Shown: positions 10,623 through 20,355, counted from the first letter of the stretch. The stretch is 64,000 bases of DNA from Paludibacteraceae bacterium (GCA_029974315.1 JARKSE010000128.1:85-64084); one strand, 5' to 3'. Numbers and translations are program-made. Notes: generated from the letters alone by a model not told the origin.

Positions 10623-12185
10623 TTTTGTATCAGACAATAAATGTATATCAATTTCATCGCCATGCTTTTCGATAAAACGAAATTCCAAAAAACCCAATTC
10701 GTGCAGAGCTTGAACGCGAAAACAACAACGATATCGCCAACGCCAACGCCGTTCAAGAGATAAAAAGCCCTTTTGCAAATAAGCGGCCACATAAGGATGA
10801 ACAAGCAATGTAATATCTTTAATTTTAAAATCACTTGTAATACATTTTAATTGCTCTTCGATCTTTTCTACCAACAATATAGCTGGACGCGCTTTGCCTG
10901 TACCCATACATGTAGGACACACTTCGTCTGTTTGAATCACAATAGATGGGCGAACACGTTGACGTGTGATTTGCATCAAGCAAAATTTACTGAGGGGCAA
11001 AATGTTGTGTTTAGCACGATCATTAGCCATAAGTTCCGTCATATGATCAAACAATTTTTGACGATTTTCAGGCTCTGCCATATCAATAAAGTCGATGACT
11101 ACAATTCCACCCAAGTCACGCAGGCGTAATTGACGAGCAATTTCTGTTGCAGAAGCCATATTCACTTCCAATGCATTTTCCTCTTGAGTTTGCCCAGCTC
11201 GCGTACGTGTTCCGCTATTGACATCAATAACGTGCATTGCCTCGGCCTGATCAAAAATAAGATAAGCTCCACGCTTCACCGATACTGTACGACCAAATAG
11301 CGATTTGACTTGTTTTTCAACATCAAATTTTTCAAAAATTGGTAAATTACCCGTATAATGATGTACAATATTTTTTCGTTCAGGAGCAATGATGCTCATA
11401 AAATCGGTAAGCTCTTCACATACAGCTTTGCTGTCGACATGAATACACTCAAAGTCTTCATTGAATAAATCGCGCAAAATAGATGCGGCACGACTCAACT
11501 CTTCCGAAATCAAACAAATACCTTTCGATTTTTGAACTGCTTGTACCGATTTATTCCAACGCTTCACAACATTCTTCAGCTCCGTGTGCAACTCTGCTAC
11601 ACGTTTACCTTCTGACGCCGTACGCATAATCAAGCCACAATGTGGAGGACGAATACTTTGCATCAGCTGACGCAAACGCGTACGTTCTTCTTGATCTTTA
11701 ATTTTTTGCGAAACTGATATTTTATCACCAAATGGCAAAAACACCATGTTGCGACCAGCAATAGAGATTTCACCTGTCAAACGAGGTCCTTTAGTAGAAA
11801 TAGGCTCTTTTACAACCTGCACCAAAATATCCTGTCCTGCAGTGAGTACATCGCGGATATTACCATCTTTGTTAAGATTTGGGAAACGTTTTACCTTGTC
11901 AGGCAAATGTTTCCGGTCAGCAAGTAGCTGCTTTAGATAATTGTCCATGGTGGCAAACTGTTCGCCTAAATCATGGTAATGAATAAACGCTTCCTTGTCA
12001 GAACCAATATCCACAAATGCAGCATTCAGCCCCTGCATCACTTTTTTGACACGCCCCAAATAAATATTACCAACCGCAAATGACGGCTGCAAAGTATCTT
12101 TATGAATCTCAACCAGATTCTTATCTTCCAACAACGCAATGGTTATCTGGTCGTTCTGTACGTTAATTACTAACTCTTTCTTCAC
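10599..12185 (-). CDS. rng: ribonuclease G/E family (Rne/Rng)
   Basis: 528-aa ORF with an N-terminal S1 domain (GNIYLGRVKKVMQGLNAAFVDIG), the catalytic core VIDVNSG, and the Zn-link CPTCMGTG. Confidence 0.9.
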   Translation of the reverse strand: MKKELVINVQNDQITIALLEDKNLVEIHKDTLQPSFAVGNIYLGRVKKVMQGLNAAFVDIGSDKEAFIHYHDLGEQFATMDNYLKQLLADRKHLPDKVKRFPNLNKDGNIRDVLTAGQDILVQVVKEPISTKGPRLTGEISIAGRNMVFLPFGDKISVSQKIKDQEERTRLRQLMQSIRPPHCGLIMRTASEGKRVAELHTELKNVVKRWNKSVQAVQKSKGICLISEELSRAASILRDLFNEDFECIHVDSKAVCEELTDFMSIIAPERKNIVHHYTGNLPIFEKFDVEKQVKSLFGRTVSVKRGAYLIFDQAEAMHVIDVNSGTRTRAGQTQEENALEVNMASATEIARQLRLRDLGGIVVIDFIDMAEPENRQKLFDHMTELMANDRAKHNILPLSKFCLMQITRQRVRPSIVIQTDEVCPTCMGTGKARPAILLVEKIEEQLKCITSDFKIKDITLLVHPYVAAYLQKGFLSLERRWRWRYRCCFRVQALHELGFLEFRFIEKHGDEIDIHLLSDTKEKRLSKR

Positions 12186-12297
12186 TTTTTTTGAAAGTTA
12201 ATCCCGTGGGAACAGTATAAAAACAAAAAACAAATTTAAAGCAGCATTATAACAATATCGAACTCTAAATTTGTTTTTTGTACTCAGATATAAAAAC

Positions 12298-12387
12298 TTA
12301 TTTCTTTTTATGTCTATTTTTTCTTAAACGTTTTTTACGTTTGTGGGTAGACATTTTATGTCTTTTTCTTTTTTTTCCGCTTGGCAT
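12298..12387 (-). CDS. 29-aa Lys/Arg-rich peptide, bS22-like small ribosomal protein candidate
   Basis: Below the ORF-track length cutoff. The minus strand reads ATG..TAA = MPSGKKRKRHKMSTHKRKKRLRKNRHKKK. This resembles the bS22 (AURKAIP1/COX24-like) peptide I recall from mycobacterial ribosomes (..[20 protein letters not shown]..). It sits between hup and rng. Confidence 0.6.
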   Translation of the reverse strand: MPSGKKRKRHKMSTHKRKKRLRKNRHKKK

Positions 12388-12423
12388 AATTCGTTATTTT
12401 TTAAAATGTTAAACCAACTTGTC

Positions 12424-12696
12424 TTATTTCAGTTTTGCAACGAATTCTTTCGATGGTTTGAAAGCTGGAATGTTGTGTGCTGGAATAATAATTGTCGTAT
12501 TTTTAGAAATGTTACGAGCGGTTTTCTGTGCACGCTTTTTCACGATAAAGCTACCAAAACCTCTTAAATATACATTTTCTCCTTCTGTCAACGAAGTTTT
12601 AACAGTTTCCATGAAAGCCTCAACTGTTTTCAATACGTCATCTTTGCTAATACCAGTGTTTTTAGCAATTTCATTTACGATGTCTGCTTTTGTCAT
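12424..12696 (-). CDS. HU family DNA-binding protein
   Basis: 90-aa ORF with MTKADIVNEIAKNTGISKDDV, LRGFGSF and the arm RNISKNTTIIIPAHNIPAFKPSK. Confidence 0.92.
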   Translation of the reverse strand: MTKADIVNEIAKNTGISKDDVLKTVEAFMETVKTSLTEGENVYLRGFGSFIVKKRAQKTARNISKNTTIIIPAHNIPAFKPSKEFVAKLK

Positions 12697-12761
12697 TTCA
12701 GTAAATTTTATAGGTTATTATACTTATGAACTAATTATTTTTTGAGTCCGTTTGCGGTCTG

Positions 12762-12769
12762 CAAAGATA
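12762..12769 (-). promoter_or_regulatory. -7 promoter motif TATCTTTG (HU gene)
   Basis: Perfect TAnnTTTG match on the minus strand, 66 nt upstream of the ATG at 12696. Confidence 0.45.
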
Positions 12770-12853
12770 CGACATTTTTTTTGACTTACAAGCATTTATC
12801 TCTTTTTTTTATTTCACAAAAAAAATGCACCTTTGTAGAGTCTGAGAAACCAA

Positions 12854-13939
12854 ATGCCCATCAATACAAGTTTAATGGAAACAAACGACGACTTTCAACT
12901 GTTCAGCCAAACACTAATCACTTGGTATCAAAACAATAAACGTGATTTACCCTGGCGCAATACGACCGATCCTTACATGATTTGGATTTCAGAAATTATA
13001 TTGCAACAAACACAAGTGGTGCAAGGTTTAAGCTATTTTTACCGATTTATCGAACGATTCCCCAACGTAAAAACATTAGCAGACGCCCCTTTAGATGAGG
13101 TTTTAAAACTATGGCAAGGTTTAGGTTATTACAGTCGCGCTCGCAACTTACACGCCTCTGCACAACAAATTATGACACATTTTCACGGGAAATTCCCTAC
13201 CGAATACAAGCAAATTCTTGAGCTTAAAGGCATTGGTAAATATACAGCAGCAGCTATTTGCTCATTTGCCTACAAACAGCCTTTTGCCACTATTGACGGC
13301 AATGTATATCGTGTATTGGCACGGTATTTTGGCGTTGATACGCCTATTGATTCAACAAAAGGACAAAAAATGTTCAGTGAATTAGCCGAAAAATTGTTAA
13401 ATCGCCAACACCCTGATATTCACAATCAGGCTATGATGGAATTTGGAGCATTACAATGTACACCAAAATCACCCAATTGTGAAACATGTCCACTCCAAAA
13501 TAGCTGTATTGCTTTCAACTACAAACGCATTGCTGACCTACCTAAGAAAGTAGGAAAAACCAATATACGCACACGCCATTTTAATTACATATCAATCCGT
13601 ATTGGCACAAAAACATATCTACACCAGCGCGGTCCAAAAGATATTTGGCAAGGACTTTACGAATTTCCACTGATAGAAACTAAGCAGGCTACAAACATTG
13701 AAGAGCTCCTAACATCGGAGCCCTTCAACACGTTAATTAACAATCAATCATTTACTCTTTTAGCCGTTTCAGCTACAAAAAAACATATTTTAAGTCATCA
13801 ACATATTTTTGCACAGTGCATTTATATTCAAGTTGACAATAAACCAACTGCACTCAATAAATACACTGAAATAGATCTAAAACAGATTCACGATTATCCC
13901 ACTTCACGCCTTATGGAGTCGTTTTGGGAATTAAAGTGA
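12854..13939 (+). CDS. mutY: A/G-specific adenine DNA glycosylase
   Basis: 361-aa ORF with an HhH-GPD core (LKGIGKYTAAAI), the 4Fe-4S cluster loop CTPKSPNCETCPLQNSC, and a NUDIX-like C-terminal domain. Confidence 0.92.
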   Translation: MPINTSLMETNDDFQLFSQTLITWYQNNKRDLPWRNTTDPYMIWISEIILQQTQVVQGLSYFYRFIERFPNVKTLADAPLDEVLKLWQGLGYYSRARNLHASAQQIMTHFHGKFPTEYKQILELKGIGKYTAAAICSFAYKQPFATIDGNVYRVLARYFGVDTPIDSTKGQKMFSELAEKLLNRQHPDIHNQAMMEFGALQCTPKSPNCETCPLQNSCIAFNYKRIADLPKKVGKTNIRTRHFNYISIRIGTKTYLHQRGPKDIWQGLYEFPLIETKQATNIEELLTSEPFNTLINNQSFTLLAVSATKKHILSHQHIFAQCIYIQVDNKPTALNKYTEIDLKQIHDYPTSRLMESFWELK

Positions 13940-15379
13940 TTCTAAAAGAGCCACTAATAATTTCCAGAACTTTTCGGTATGAGCGATATGCAAACGCTCA
14001 TCAGGTGAATGCACACCACGCATAGTTGGTCCTATCGAAACCATATCTAAATGTGGATACTTTTCGAGGAATAATCCACATTCTAAACCTGCATGAATAG
14101 CACGAACTTTAGCTTTTTCGCTAAACAATTTTTCATACGTTTCAGCTGTCAATTTTGCCAATTTTGAGTTTGGATTTGGCTTCCAACCCGGATAACCATC
14201 ACCATGAGTAACCGTGGCGCCTGCCAACACAAATACACTTTCGACCATACGAGCCGCATCATATTTTGCTGATTCTACAGAACTGCGTTGACTAGTAGAA
14301 ACCAAAATTCGGTTATTTTCAAGCATTTTTACCGATGCTAAATTTGTAGAAGTTTCCACTAACCCCGGCATATCGTCACTCATACGTAAAATGCCATGAG
14401 GCGAAGCATACAAAGCATATAATAAACGTTTAGCTGTTGCATCATCAATCACAGTAGCTGGTTTTGACACCGATTCCAAATCAATTTTTATCTGCTTTTC
14501 TGTCGCAGCAAATTCAGCTTCTACATCGGTTATAAACAGGTTTAAACGAACACGTAACGTCTCTTTATAGCTTGATGGCACCGCAGCTACAGCCACTGCC
14601 TCACGTGCGATAGCATTACGCAAATTACCACCATCAAAAGAAGCCAAAGTTAATTGAGTTTCTTGAGCTGTTTGCCACAAAAAGCGAGTTAATAATTTAT
14701 TGGCATTTGCACGTCCTTTATCAATATCGTCGCCAGAATGCCCTCCTGTTAAGCCCTTAACACTTACTGTAAAATAGAATAAATTGTCTGGAGCAGTCTC
14801 TGGTTTATACTCAAACGAAGCAGTAGTATCAATACCGCCAGCACAACCAATAAAAATTTCACCGTCATCCTCCGAATCCAAATTAATCAACACAGAACCC
14901 GTGAGTAAGTTTTTATCTAAAGCAAATGCACCGGTTAAACCCGTTTCTTCATCTACAGTAAATAAACATTCAAGGGGTCCATGTTTCAAATTATTAGCAC
15001 TTAACACCGCTAATTGTGCTGCTATACCAATCCCGTTATCGGCACCCAAAGTAGTTCCACGAGCTTTTACCCACTCGCCATCAATGTAAGGCTGAATAGG
15101 ATCGGTATCAAAATTATGAACCGTTCCACTATTTTTTTCACAAACCATATCCATATGCGCTTGCAAAATCACTTTTGGACGATTTTCGTAACCCGGCGTA
15201 GCTGGTTTACGAATTACCACGTTGCCTGCTTTATCAATAACAGACTTCAAGTTATGTTCTTTTGCAAAATTTTGAAGATATGCGATCACTTTTTCCTCTT
15301 TTTTAGAAGGACGTGGAATAGTACAAATTTCTGAAAAGTAGTGCCAAAGCGCTTGGGGTTGAAGTTCTTTTAAAGTCAT
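13931..15379 (-). CDS. pepD: aminoacyl-histidine dipeptidase (M20 family, PepD)
   Basis: 482-aa ORF with the PepD-type segments LQAHMDMV, TTLGADNGIG and VDEETG. Its 3' end overlaps mutY by 9 nt, convergently. Confidence 0.9.
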   Translation of the reverse strand: MTLKELQPQALWHYFSEICTIPRPSKKEEKVIAYLQNFAKEHNLKSVIDKAGNVVIRKPATPGYENRPKVILQAHMDMVCEKNSGTVHNFDTDPIQPYIDGEWVKARGTTLGADNGIGIAAQLAVLSANNLKHGPLECLFTVDEETGLTGAFALDKNLLTGSVLINLDSEDDGEIFIGCAGGIDTTASFEYKPETAPDNLFYFTVSVKGLTGGHSGDDIDKGRANANKLLTRFLWQTAQETQLTLASFDGGNLRNAIAREAVAVAAVPSSYKETLRVRLNLFITDVEAEFAATEKQIKIDLESVSKPATVIDDATAKRLLYALYASPHGILRMSDDMPGLVETSTNLASVKMLENNRILVSTSQRSSVESAKYDAARMVESVFVLAGATVTHGDGYPGWKPNPNSKLAKLTAETYEKLFSEKAKVRAIHAGLECGLFLEKYPHLDMVSIGPTMRGVHSPDERLHIAHTEKFWKLLVALLESL

Positions 15380-15422
15380 AATAGTTATATTTAAAAAAGT
15401 TAATTATTTACAGTTACATTTG

Positions 15423-15430
15423 CAAATATA
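15423..15430 (-). promoter_or_regulatory. -7 promoter motif TATATTTG (pepD)
   Basis: Perfect TAnnTTTG match on the minus strand, 44 nt upstream of the pepD ATG. Confidence 0.5.
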
Positions 15431-15567
15431 GTGATAATTGAGCAGCAGAACTACCACACAAAATGCATTTATTTTAAAAATAAGTTAAATTTAGGATTTT
15501 CAAGCCAGTTTTTGAAAAAAAAGAACGCCATAGCGAAAGAATTGATTACCTTTGTGCAAAATTTTAA

Positions 15568-15756
15568 ATGATGGTAGAGACACTCATAATTACCGCTTTA
15601 TTGGTTAGTATTTCATTCTTATTACTAGGAGTGCGCATCTTTTTTGTAAAAGGAGGCAAATTTCCAAACACTCACATTGGAGGTAATAAAGCTATGCGCG
15701 ACCGCGGTATTTCATGTGCCACCTCACAAGACCGCATGGCTCAAAAGAAGAAATAA
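15568..15756 (+). CDS. small single-TM membrane protein (function unknown)
   Basis: 62-aa ORF with one hydrophobic helix followed by FPNTHIGGNKAMRDRGISCATSQD. I recall this segment as conserved in Bacteroidota small proteins. TACCTTTG at 15547-15554 lies just upstream. Confidence 0.55.
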   Translation: MMVETLIITALLVSISFLLLGVRIFFVKGGKFPNTHIGGNKAMRDRGISCATSQDRMAQKKK

Positions 15757-15776
15757 CTTTATAACCTTTTATAACT

Positions 15777-16355
15777 ATGAAAAAAACAGTTTTACTTTTT
15801 ATGTCTATGGCAATATTTGCAGCTTGTTCAAATCAAACACCTGATAATGAAACAACTACAGAAGTTGCAAACTTAGAAGAACAATCATTGATTCCCGTGG
15901 CCGTTGTGAATGTGGATTCTATTTTATCGCAATACACATTTGCTCAGGAGTCCAATGAAAAACTAATCAAAAGACAAGAAGATTCACGTGTTAAAATCAA
16001 CTCTAAAGCACGTCAATTGCAAAATGAGATGGTTGATTTTCAACGAAAATTAGAAAACAATGCCTTTTTGAGCCGTGAACGTGCTGAACAAGAGAGCCGT
16101 CGTTTACAACAAAAAGAGGCAGATTTGCAACAACTCGACCGTCAGTTAAGCCAAGACTTGATGACTGAACAGCAAAAGCTTAGTATACAACTTCGCGACA
16201 GCATCAATGCAGCTATCAAAGCATTAAACCAAGACAATAAATATCACTTAGTACTTTCAACTAATTCTTTGAATGACAACATTCTATATTCTGCATCAGA
16301 GTATGATATTACAGATGATGTTATCAAATATCTCAATGCAAATTATAAGAAATAA
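15777..16355 (+). CDS. OmpH/Skp family periplasmic chaperone lipoprotein
   Basis: 192-aa ORF with a signal peptide and lipobox (FAAC), followed by a long coiled-coil Q/E/R-rich body typical of Skp/OmpH. Confidence 0.85.
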   Translation: MKKTVLLFMSMAIFAACSNQTPDNETTTEVANLEEQSLIPVAVVNVDSILSQYTFAQESNEKLIKRQEDSRVKINSKARQLQNEMVDFQRKLENNAFLSRERAEQESRRLQQKEADLQQLDRQLSQDLMTEQQKLSIQLRDSINAAIKALNQDNKYHLVLSTNSLNDNILYSASEYDITDDVIKYLNANYKK

Positions 16356-16371
16356 TGATATAGTTAAAAAT

Positions 16372-16401
16372 AAAAAAGTGAGGAATTCCTCACTTTTTTT
16401 T
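16372..16401. terminator. bidirectional intrinsic terminator (skp + / rluA-family -)
   Basis: Perfect 16-nt palindrome gtgaggaattcctcac (16378-16393), flanked by A6 and T8. Confidence 0.8.
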
Positions 16402-16404
16402 ATT

Positions 16405-17079
16405 TTATAAACCTTGTGTAATTTCTTGCCAAAGTTTTTCGGAAGGCACAGGTGCCACAATTTTGATTTTCTCACCACTCACAGGATGTTCAAATTCTAA
16501 CGAATGTGCATGAAGCGAAATTCCACCATCAGGGTTGGAACGCGCAAAACCATACTTCAAATCACCCTTTATTGGAGAGCCTATTTTTGCCAATTGAGCA
16601 CGAATTTGATGATGACGACCAGTTTCTAACTGAATTTCAAGTAATGTGTAATTGTCCGACTTAGCGACAACTTTGTACGACAACACGGCATGTTTTGCTC
16701 CTGGTTTTGGGGTTTCGTAAGCATACGATTTATTCTGTTTTTCATTACGAATAAGGTAGTGTGCCAATCGCCCTTCCAACTCTTCAGGCTGTTGCTTTAC
16801 AATAGCCCAATACGTTTTTGTAATGGTGTGAGTTTGAAAAAGTTTATTCATGCGCGCTAACGCCTTACTTGTACGAGCAAACAACACAACACCCGTCACA
16901 GGACGGTCAAGACGGTGAGTAACCCCGCAAAACACATTGCCAGGTTTATTATATTTTTCCTTAAGATAGCGCTTTACAGCTTCGGATAACGGCTCATCAC
17001 CAGTTTTATCGCCTTGCACGATTTCAGAACTGTTTTTATTTACCGCTATAAGATGATTGTCCTCATATAAAACTTCCAT
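16405..17079 (-). CDS. RluA family pseudouridine synthase
   Basis: 224-aa ORF with the catalytic motif HRLDRPVTGVVLFA. Confidence 0.88.
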   Translation of the reverse strand: MEVLYEDNHLIAVNKNSSEIVQGDKTGDEPLSEAVKRYLKEKYNKPGNVFCGVTHRLDRPVTGVVLFARTSKALARMNKLFQTHTITKTYWAIVKQQPEELEGRLAHYLIRNEKQNKSYAYETPKPGAKHAVLSYKVVAKSDNYTLLEIQLETGRHHQIRAQLAKIGSPIKGDLKYGFARSNPDGGISLHAHSLEFEHPVSGEKIKIVAPVPSEKLWQEITQGL

Positions 17080-17091
17080 GCTAACTCACAA

Positions 17092-17847
17092 TTATGATTT
17101 TAGACGTTGATTTACAGCTTCATAAATGACAATACCAGCCGCTACCGACACGTTAAGTGATTCTATTTGTCCGAGAATTGGAATAGAAACCATGTCATCA
17201 CAAATGCGTAAAATATCTGGTGAAACGCCTACGTCTTCAGCACCCATAATAATTGCAACGGGATCTTTGTAATTGGCTTTCGTATAACTATATTTAGCTT
17301 TTTCTGACGCTGCAATAACTCGAATACCACTTTTTTGCAAAAACGACACGCAATTATGTAAACTCTGCTCGCGACATACAGGAATACAATGCAGAGCACC
17401 TGCTGATGTTTTTATGGCATCTGCATTTGTAGCTGATCCGCCACGCACAGGAACAACAATGGCATCAACACCAGCACACTCACACGTACGAGCTATAGCG
17501 CCAAAATTACGCACATCGGTCACGCCATCTAAGATAACAATAAACGGTGTTTTACCTTGTTCATAAAGCGTTGGAATAATATCTTCTATCCGCTGATACT
17601 CTATTGACGAGAGGTACGCTACTACACCTTGATGATTTTTCATCGTCAACCGATTCAATTTTTCAAGCGGTACGCGCTGAATAGCAACTTGTGAATCTTT
17701 TAATTTTTCAAACAGTTCACGTGCTAAATCTCCGCCCATTTCGCGACGTAAAAAGATTTTATCAATCTCTTTACCCGCATCAATAGCTTCGATTACTGCA
17801 CGAATACCAAAAATCATATTTTTTTCTTTCTGTTGCTTCATATACAT
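17092..17847 (-). CDS. rlmB: 23S rRNA (guanosine-2'-O)-methyltransferase, RlmB/TrmH family
   Basis: 251-aa ORF with an N-terminal SpoU substrate-binding region and the SPOUT motifs NFGAIARTCE and ESLNVSVAAGI. The true start may be an internal Met at 17841 or 17817. Confidence 0.85.
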   Translation of the reverse strand: MYMKQQKEKNMIFGIRAVIEAIDAGKEIDKIFLRREMGGDLARELFEKLKDSQVAIQRVPLEKLNRLTMKNHQGVVAYLSSIEYQRIEDIIPTLYEQGKTPFIVILDGVTDVRNFGAIARTCECAGVDAIVVPVRGGSATNADAIKTSAGALHCIPVCREQSLHNCVSFLQKSGIRVIAASEKAKYSYTKANYKDPVAIIMGAEDVGVSPDILRICDDMVSIPILGQIESLNVSVAAGIVIYEAVNQRLKS

Positions 17848-17902
17848 CTCACTGATAATTAAAGAGTTTTACGTTTACGTAAAGCGTGCATTAAATAAAA
17901 AA

Positions 17903-17910
17903 CAAAGATA
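17903..17910 (-). promoter_or_regulatory. -7 promoter motif TATCTTTG (rlmB operon)
   Basis: Perfect TAnnTTTG match on the minus strand, upstream of rlmB. Confidence 0.45.
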
Positions 17911-17968
17911 GTTATTTTTCCGGATTTTTATCTTTATAAGTTTACTAGAAAAAGTCGTATTTTTTTTG

Positions 17969-17976
17969 TACTTTTG
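17969..17976 (+). promoter_or_regulatory. -7 promoter motif TACTTTTG (MBL hydrolase gene)
   Basis: Perfect TAnnTTTG match, 21 nt upstream of the ATG at 17997. Confidence 0.45.
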
Positions 17977-17996
17977 TAAACCTTTTAGCAAAACTA

Positions 17997-18809
17997 ATGA
18001 AAACAACAGATTTACGTTTTTTAAGTATTGGTAGCGGAAGTAGTGGTAATTGCTACTATATCGGCACTGGGGAATATGGTTTCCTCATTGATGCTGGTGT
18101 CGGCATACGCAACTTAAAACGTGGATTGAAAGAACACAAAATCTCACTAGAACAAATTTGGGGTATTTTTATTACACACGATCACACTGATCATATAATG
18201 TCAGTTGGTGTACTTGGTGAAAAATATCACATTCCTGTATATGCCACCAAAGAGATCCACGAAGGTATAAATCGTAACTATCGTGTTACAGAGAAACTCA
18301 ACTCGTGCCGTAAACACTTCAGAAAAGGTGAACACATCACCATACGTGATTTTGTCATTCAATCGTTCCCTGTGAGTCACGATGCTACCGATAATGTTGG
18401 TTACTCAATAACTTACAAAGGTCAAACTTTTGTTATTGCTACCGATTTAGGTTTTATTGGCAAAGAAGTTGCTGACCACATCGCAAAAGCCAACTATTTA
18501 GTAATCGAAGCGAATTACGACGAAACAATGTTGAAAAATGGCCCCTACTCCTATCCGCTAAAACAGCGTGTGCGCAGCCACACAGGTCATTTAAGCAATG
18601 ACCATACAGCTCGTTTTTTAGCCGATAATTGGCATGATAAACTCACACACGTTTTTCTCTGTCATTTAAGCCAAGAGAACAACACACCAGAAATAGCCTT
18701 TAATACTGTAAATGATGCTTTGGTAGAAAAAGGGATTACGCCCGAACTACTACTACCATTAGAACGGATGGAAGTATCAGAACTTTACGTTTTTAGCGTA
18801 GAAGATTAA
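17997..18809 (+). CDS. MBL-fold metallo-hydrolase
   Basis: 270-aa ORF with the HxHxDH motif (ITHDHTDH). Confidence 0.85.
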   Translation: MKTTDLRFLSIGSGSSGNCYYIGTGEYGFLIDAGVGIRNLKRGLKEHKISLEQIWGIFITHDHTDHIMSVGVLGEKYHIPVYATKEIHEGINRNYRVTEKLNSCRKHFRKGEHITIRDFVIQSFPVSHDATDNVGYSITYKGQTFVIATDLGFIGKEVADHIAKANYLVIEANYDETMLKNGPYSYPLKQRVRSHTGHLSNDHTARFLADNWHDKLTHVFLCHLSQENNTPEIAFNTVNDALVEKGITPELLLPLERMEVSELYVFSVED

Positions 18810-19855
18810 TCTGTCACACGCCAATCCATTTCTCTTCGTACGGGATAATGACTACGTAACGCTTCAAAACGTTCAGGATTAGCACGCAATTGTTCACTAT
18901 CAGCCTGAATGTTGTAATTAGCCAATAATGCTTGTGATAAATCGTGACGTGTCAGGCATTTTATTTCCTTGGGAGACAATTCTGTCACCGTATAATCGTC
19001 CAAACCCAAACCAAAAAAACGGCTAACTGCGCGCACACTCATCTCCGTAGCTTTAGCTTTCCCATCAGATGAATAGCCTGCAATATGCGGTGTAGAAAGT
19101 AGCGTTATTTGCAATAAATCTTTGTCCACATCCGGTTCATTTTCCCAACAATCCAACACCACATCAGAAATTTTCCCTTGTTTTAATGCAATTTTAAGTG
19201 CCGATTCATCTACTACACCACCACGCGCCGAGTTAATAATGAGCGGTCTACGTTGCAACTTATCAAAAAAATCAGCACTAGCTAAATTATAGGTAGGGTA
19301 CGCCCCATCAGTTGTTAACGGTGTATGAAATGTAATCACATCAGCTTCACGCGCTATCAAATCCAAGGACACGAAATCCGTTGTCTTATCGTGCTGTGCT
19401 CGTGGTGGGTCATTCAACAATATGCGCATTCCTAGCAACTGAGCCACATGAACAACCTCTGTGCCTACGTGCCCTACGCCAACAATACCAAGAGTTTTAT
19501 TCGCTAATGTAAATTTATTTTTATTTGCCCAAAACGCCAATACCGAACCGATATATTGAGCTACAGACGAGGCATTACAACCTGCCGCATTAGTCCATGC
19601 GATGCCTTGAGTTGCACAAAACTCAGTATCGATATGATCAAAACCAATGGTAGCTGTAGCAATAAAACGCACCGACGAATGCGCTAACAGTGCCTCATTA
19701 CACGCCGTTCGTGTACGCACAATAAGCGCATCAGCATGCCGCACTGTGTCTGCGGTTATCTCATTAGCAGGATAATAATGTACATAAGCCACTTGTTCCA
19801 ATACACCTTTAATAAAAGGAATATGCGCATCTATGACAATGGTGGGTTTGGTCAT
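18806..19855 (-). CDS. pdxB: 4-phosphoerythronate dehydrogenase
   Basis: 349-aa D-2-hydroxyacid dehydrogenase ORF with the NAD site GIVGVGHVGTEV and a PdxB-type C-terminal dimerisation extension. Confidence 0.85.
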   Translation of the reverse strand: MTKPTIVIDAHIPFIKGVLEQVAYVHYYPANEITADTVRHADALIVRTRTACNEALLAHSSVRFIATATIGFDHIDTEFCATQGIAWTNAAGCNASSVAQYIGSVLAFWANKNKFTLANKTLGIVGVGHVGTEVVHVAQLLGMRILLNDPPRAQHDKTTDFVSLDLIAREADVITFHTPLTTDGAYPTYNLASADFFDKLQRRPLIINSARGGVVDESALKIALKQGKISDVVLDCWENEPDVDKDLLQITLLSTPHIAGYSSDGKAKATEMSVRAVSRFFGLGLDDYTVTELSPKEIKCLTRHDLSQALLANYNIQADSEQLRANPERFEALRSHYPVRREMDWRVTD

Positions 19856-20319
19856 TTTTGAGTTTTTTGAAAACGCAGTTCAGCAGGAATTCCGTCTAAA
19901 ATTGTGCGTTTTTGTGATAAAAAACTACCCATAATCAACAATACATGTTGCTCATTGGTTGTGTCGGTAGCTATAACCGAATCTCCCTGAATAACATAGG
20001 TTCCTTGCAGATTACCATCTTCACAGTCGCTAACCATACGAAACGTGCTATCAGCGACAAATATAACTGTGGAGTTTGTGATGCAAGGATATAACAACTT
20101 TAATAATGCCAACGAGTTTGAAGTACTACCCTCCTGATAAACACCATACAGATACCACTCACCAGCCAACAAGTCGTAAGCAGTTTCTTGTTGTTTTTCA
20201 TCGTTATCTTCTAGCTGTTCTTTATTATCGTCTATTTGTTCCTCATGTTGTTCTACTTGCTTTTCACAACTTGCCACAAAAAACAATATGCCTAAAAGTA
20301 TCCAAATCGAATTTTTCAT
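19852..20319 (-). CDS. lipoprotein with acidic linker (lipocalin-like), translationally coupled to pdxB
   Basis: I trimmed the track ORF to Met14 (MKNSIWILLGILFFVASC, signal plus lipobox), because the promoter motif at 20348-20355 lies inside the longer ORF. The stop overlaps the pdxB start by 4 nt. Confidence 0.65.
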   Translation of the reverse strand: MKNSIWILLGILFFVASCEKQVEQHEEQIDDNKEQLEDNDEKQQETAYDLLAGEWYLYGVYQEGSTSNSLALLKLLYPCITNSTVIFVADSTFRMVSDCEDGNLQGTYVIQGDSVIATDTTNEQHVLLIMGSFLSQKRTILDGIPAELRFQKTQK

Positions 20320-20347
20320 ACACCATTTATTAATGTTCATTACTTTG

Positions 20348-20355
20348 CAAAGATA
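20348..20355 (-). promoter_or_regulatory. -7 promoter motif TATCTTTG (lipoprotein-pdxB operon)
   Basis: Perfect TAnnTTTG match on the minus strand, 29 nt upstream of the ATG at 20319. Confidence 0.5.

Noticed and set aside
10502-10834. 110-aa minus-strand ORF spanning the queA 3' end, the terminator and the rng 3' end
   Set aside because: It crosses a strong bidirectional terminator and overlaps two confident genes in other frames, and it has no recognisable features.
12343-12745. Two plus-strand ORFs (74 and 108 aa) between rng and mutY
   Set aside because: They are antisense to the bS22-like ORF and to the HU gene, both of which give far more convincing translations. Their products are Phe/Leu/Ser-rich junk.
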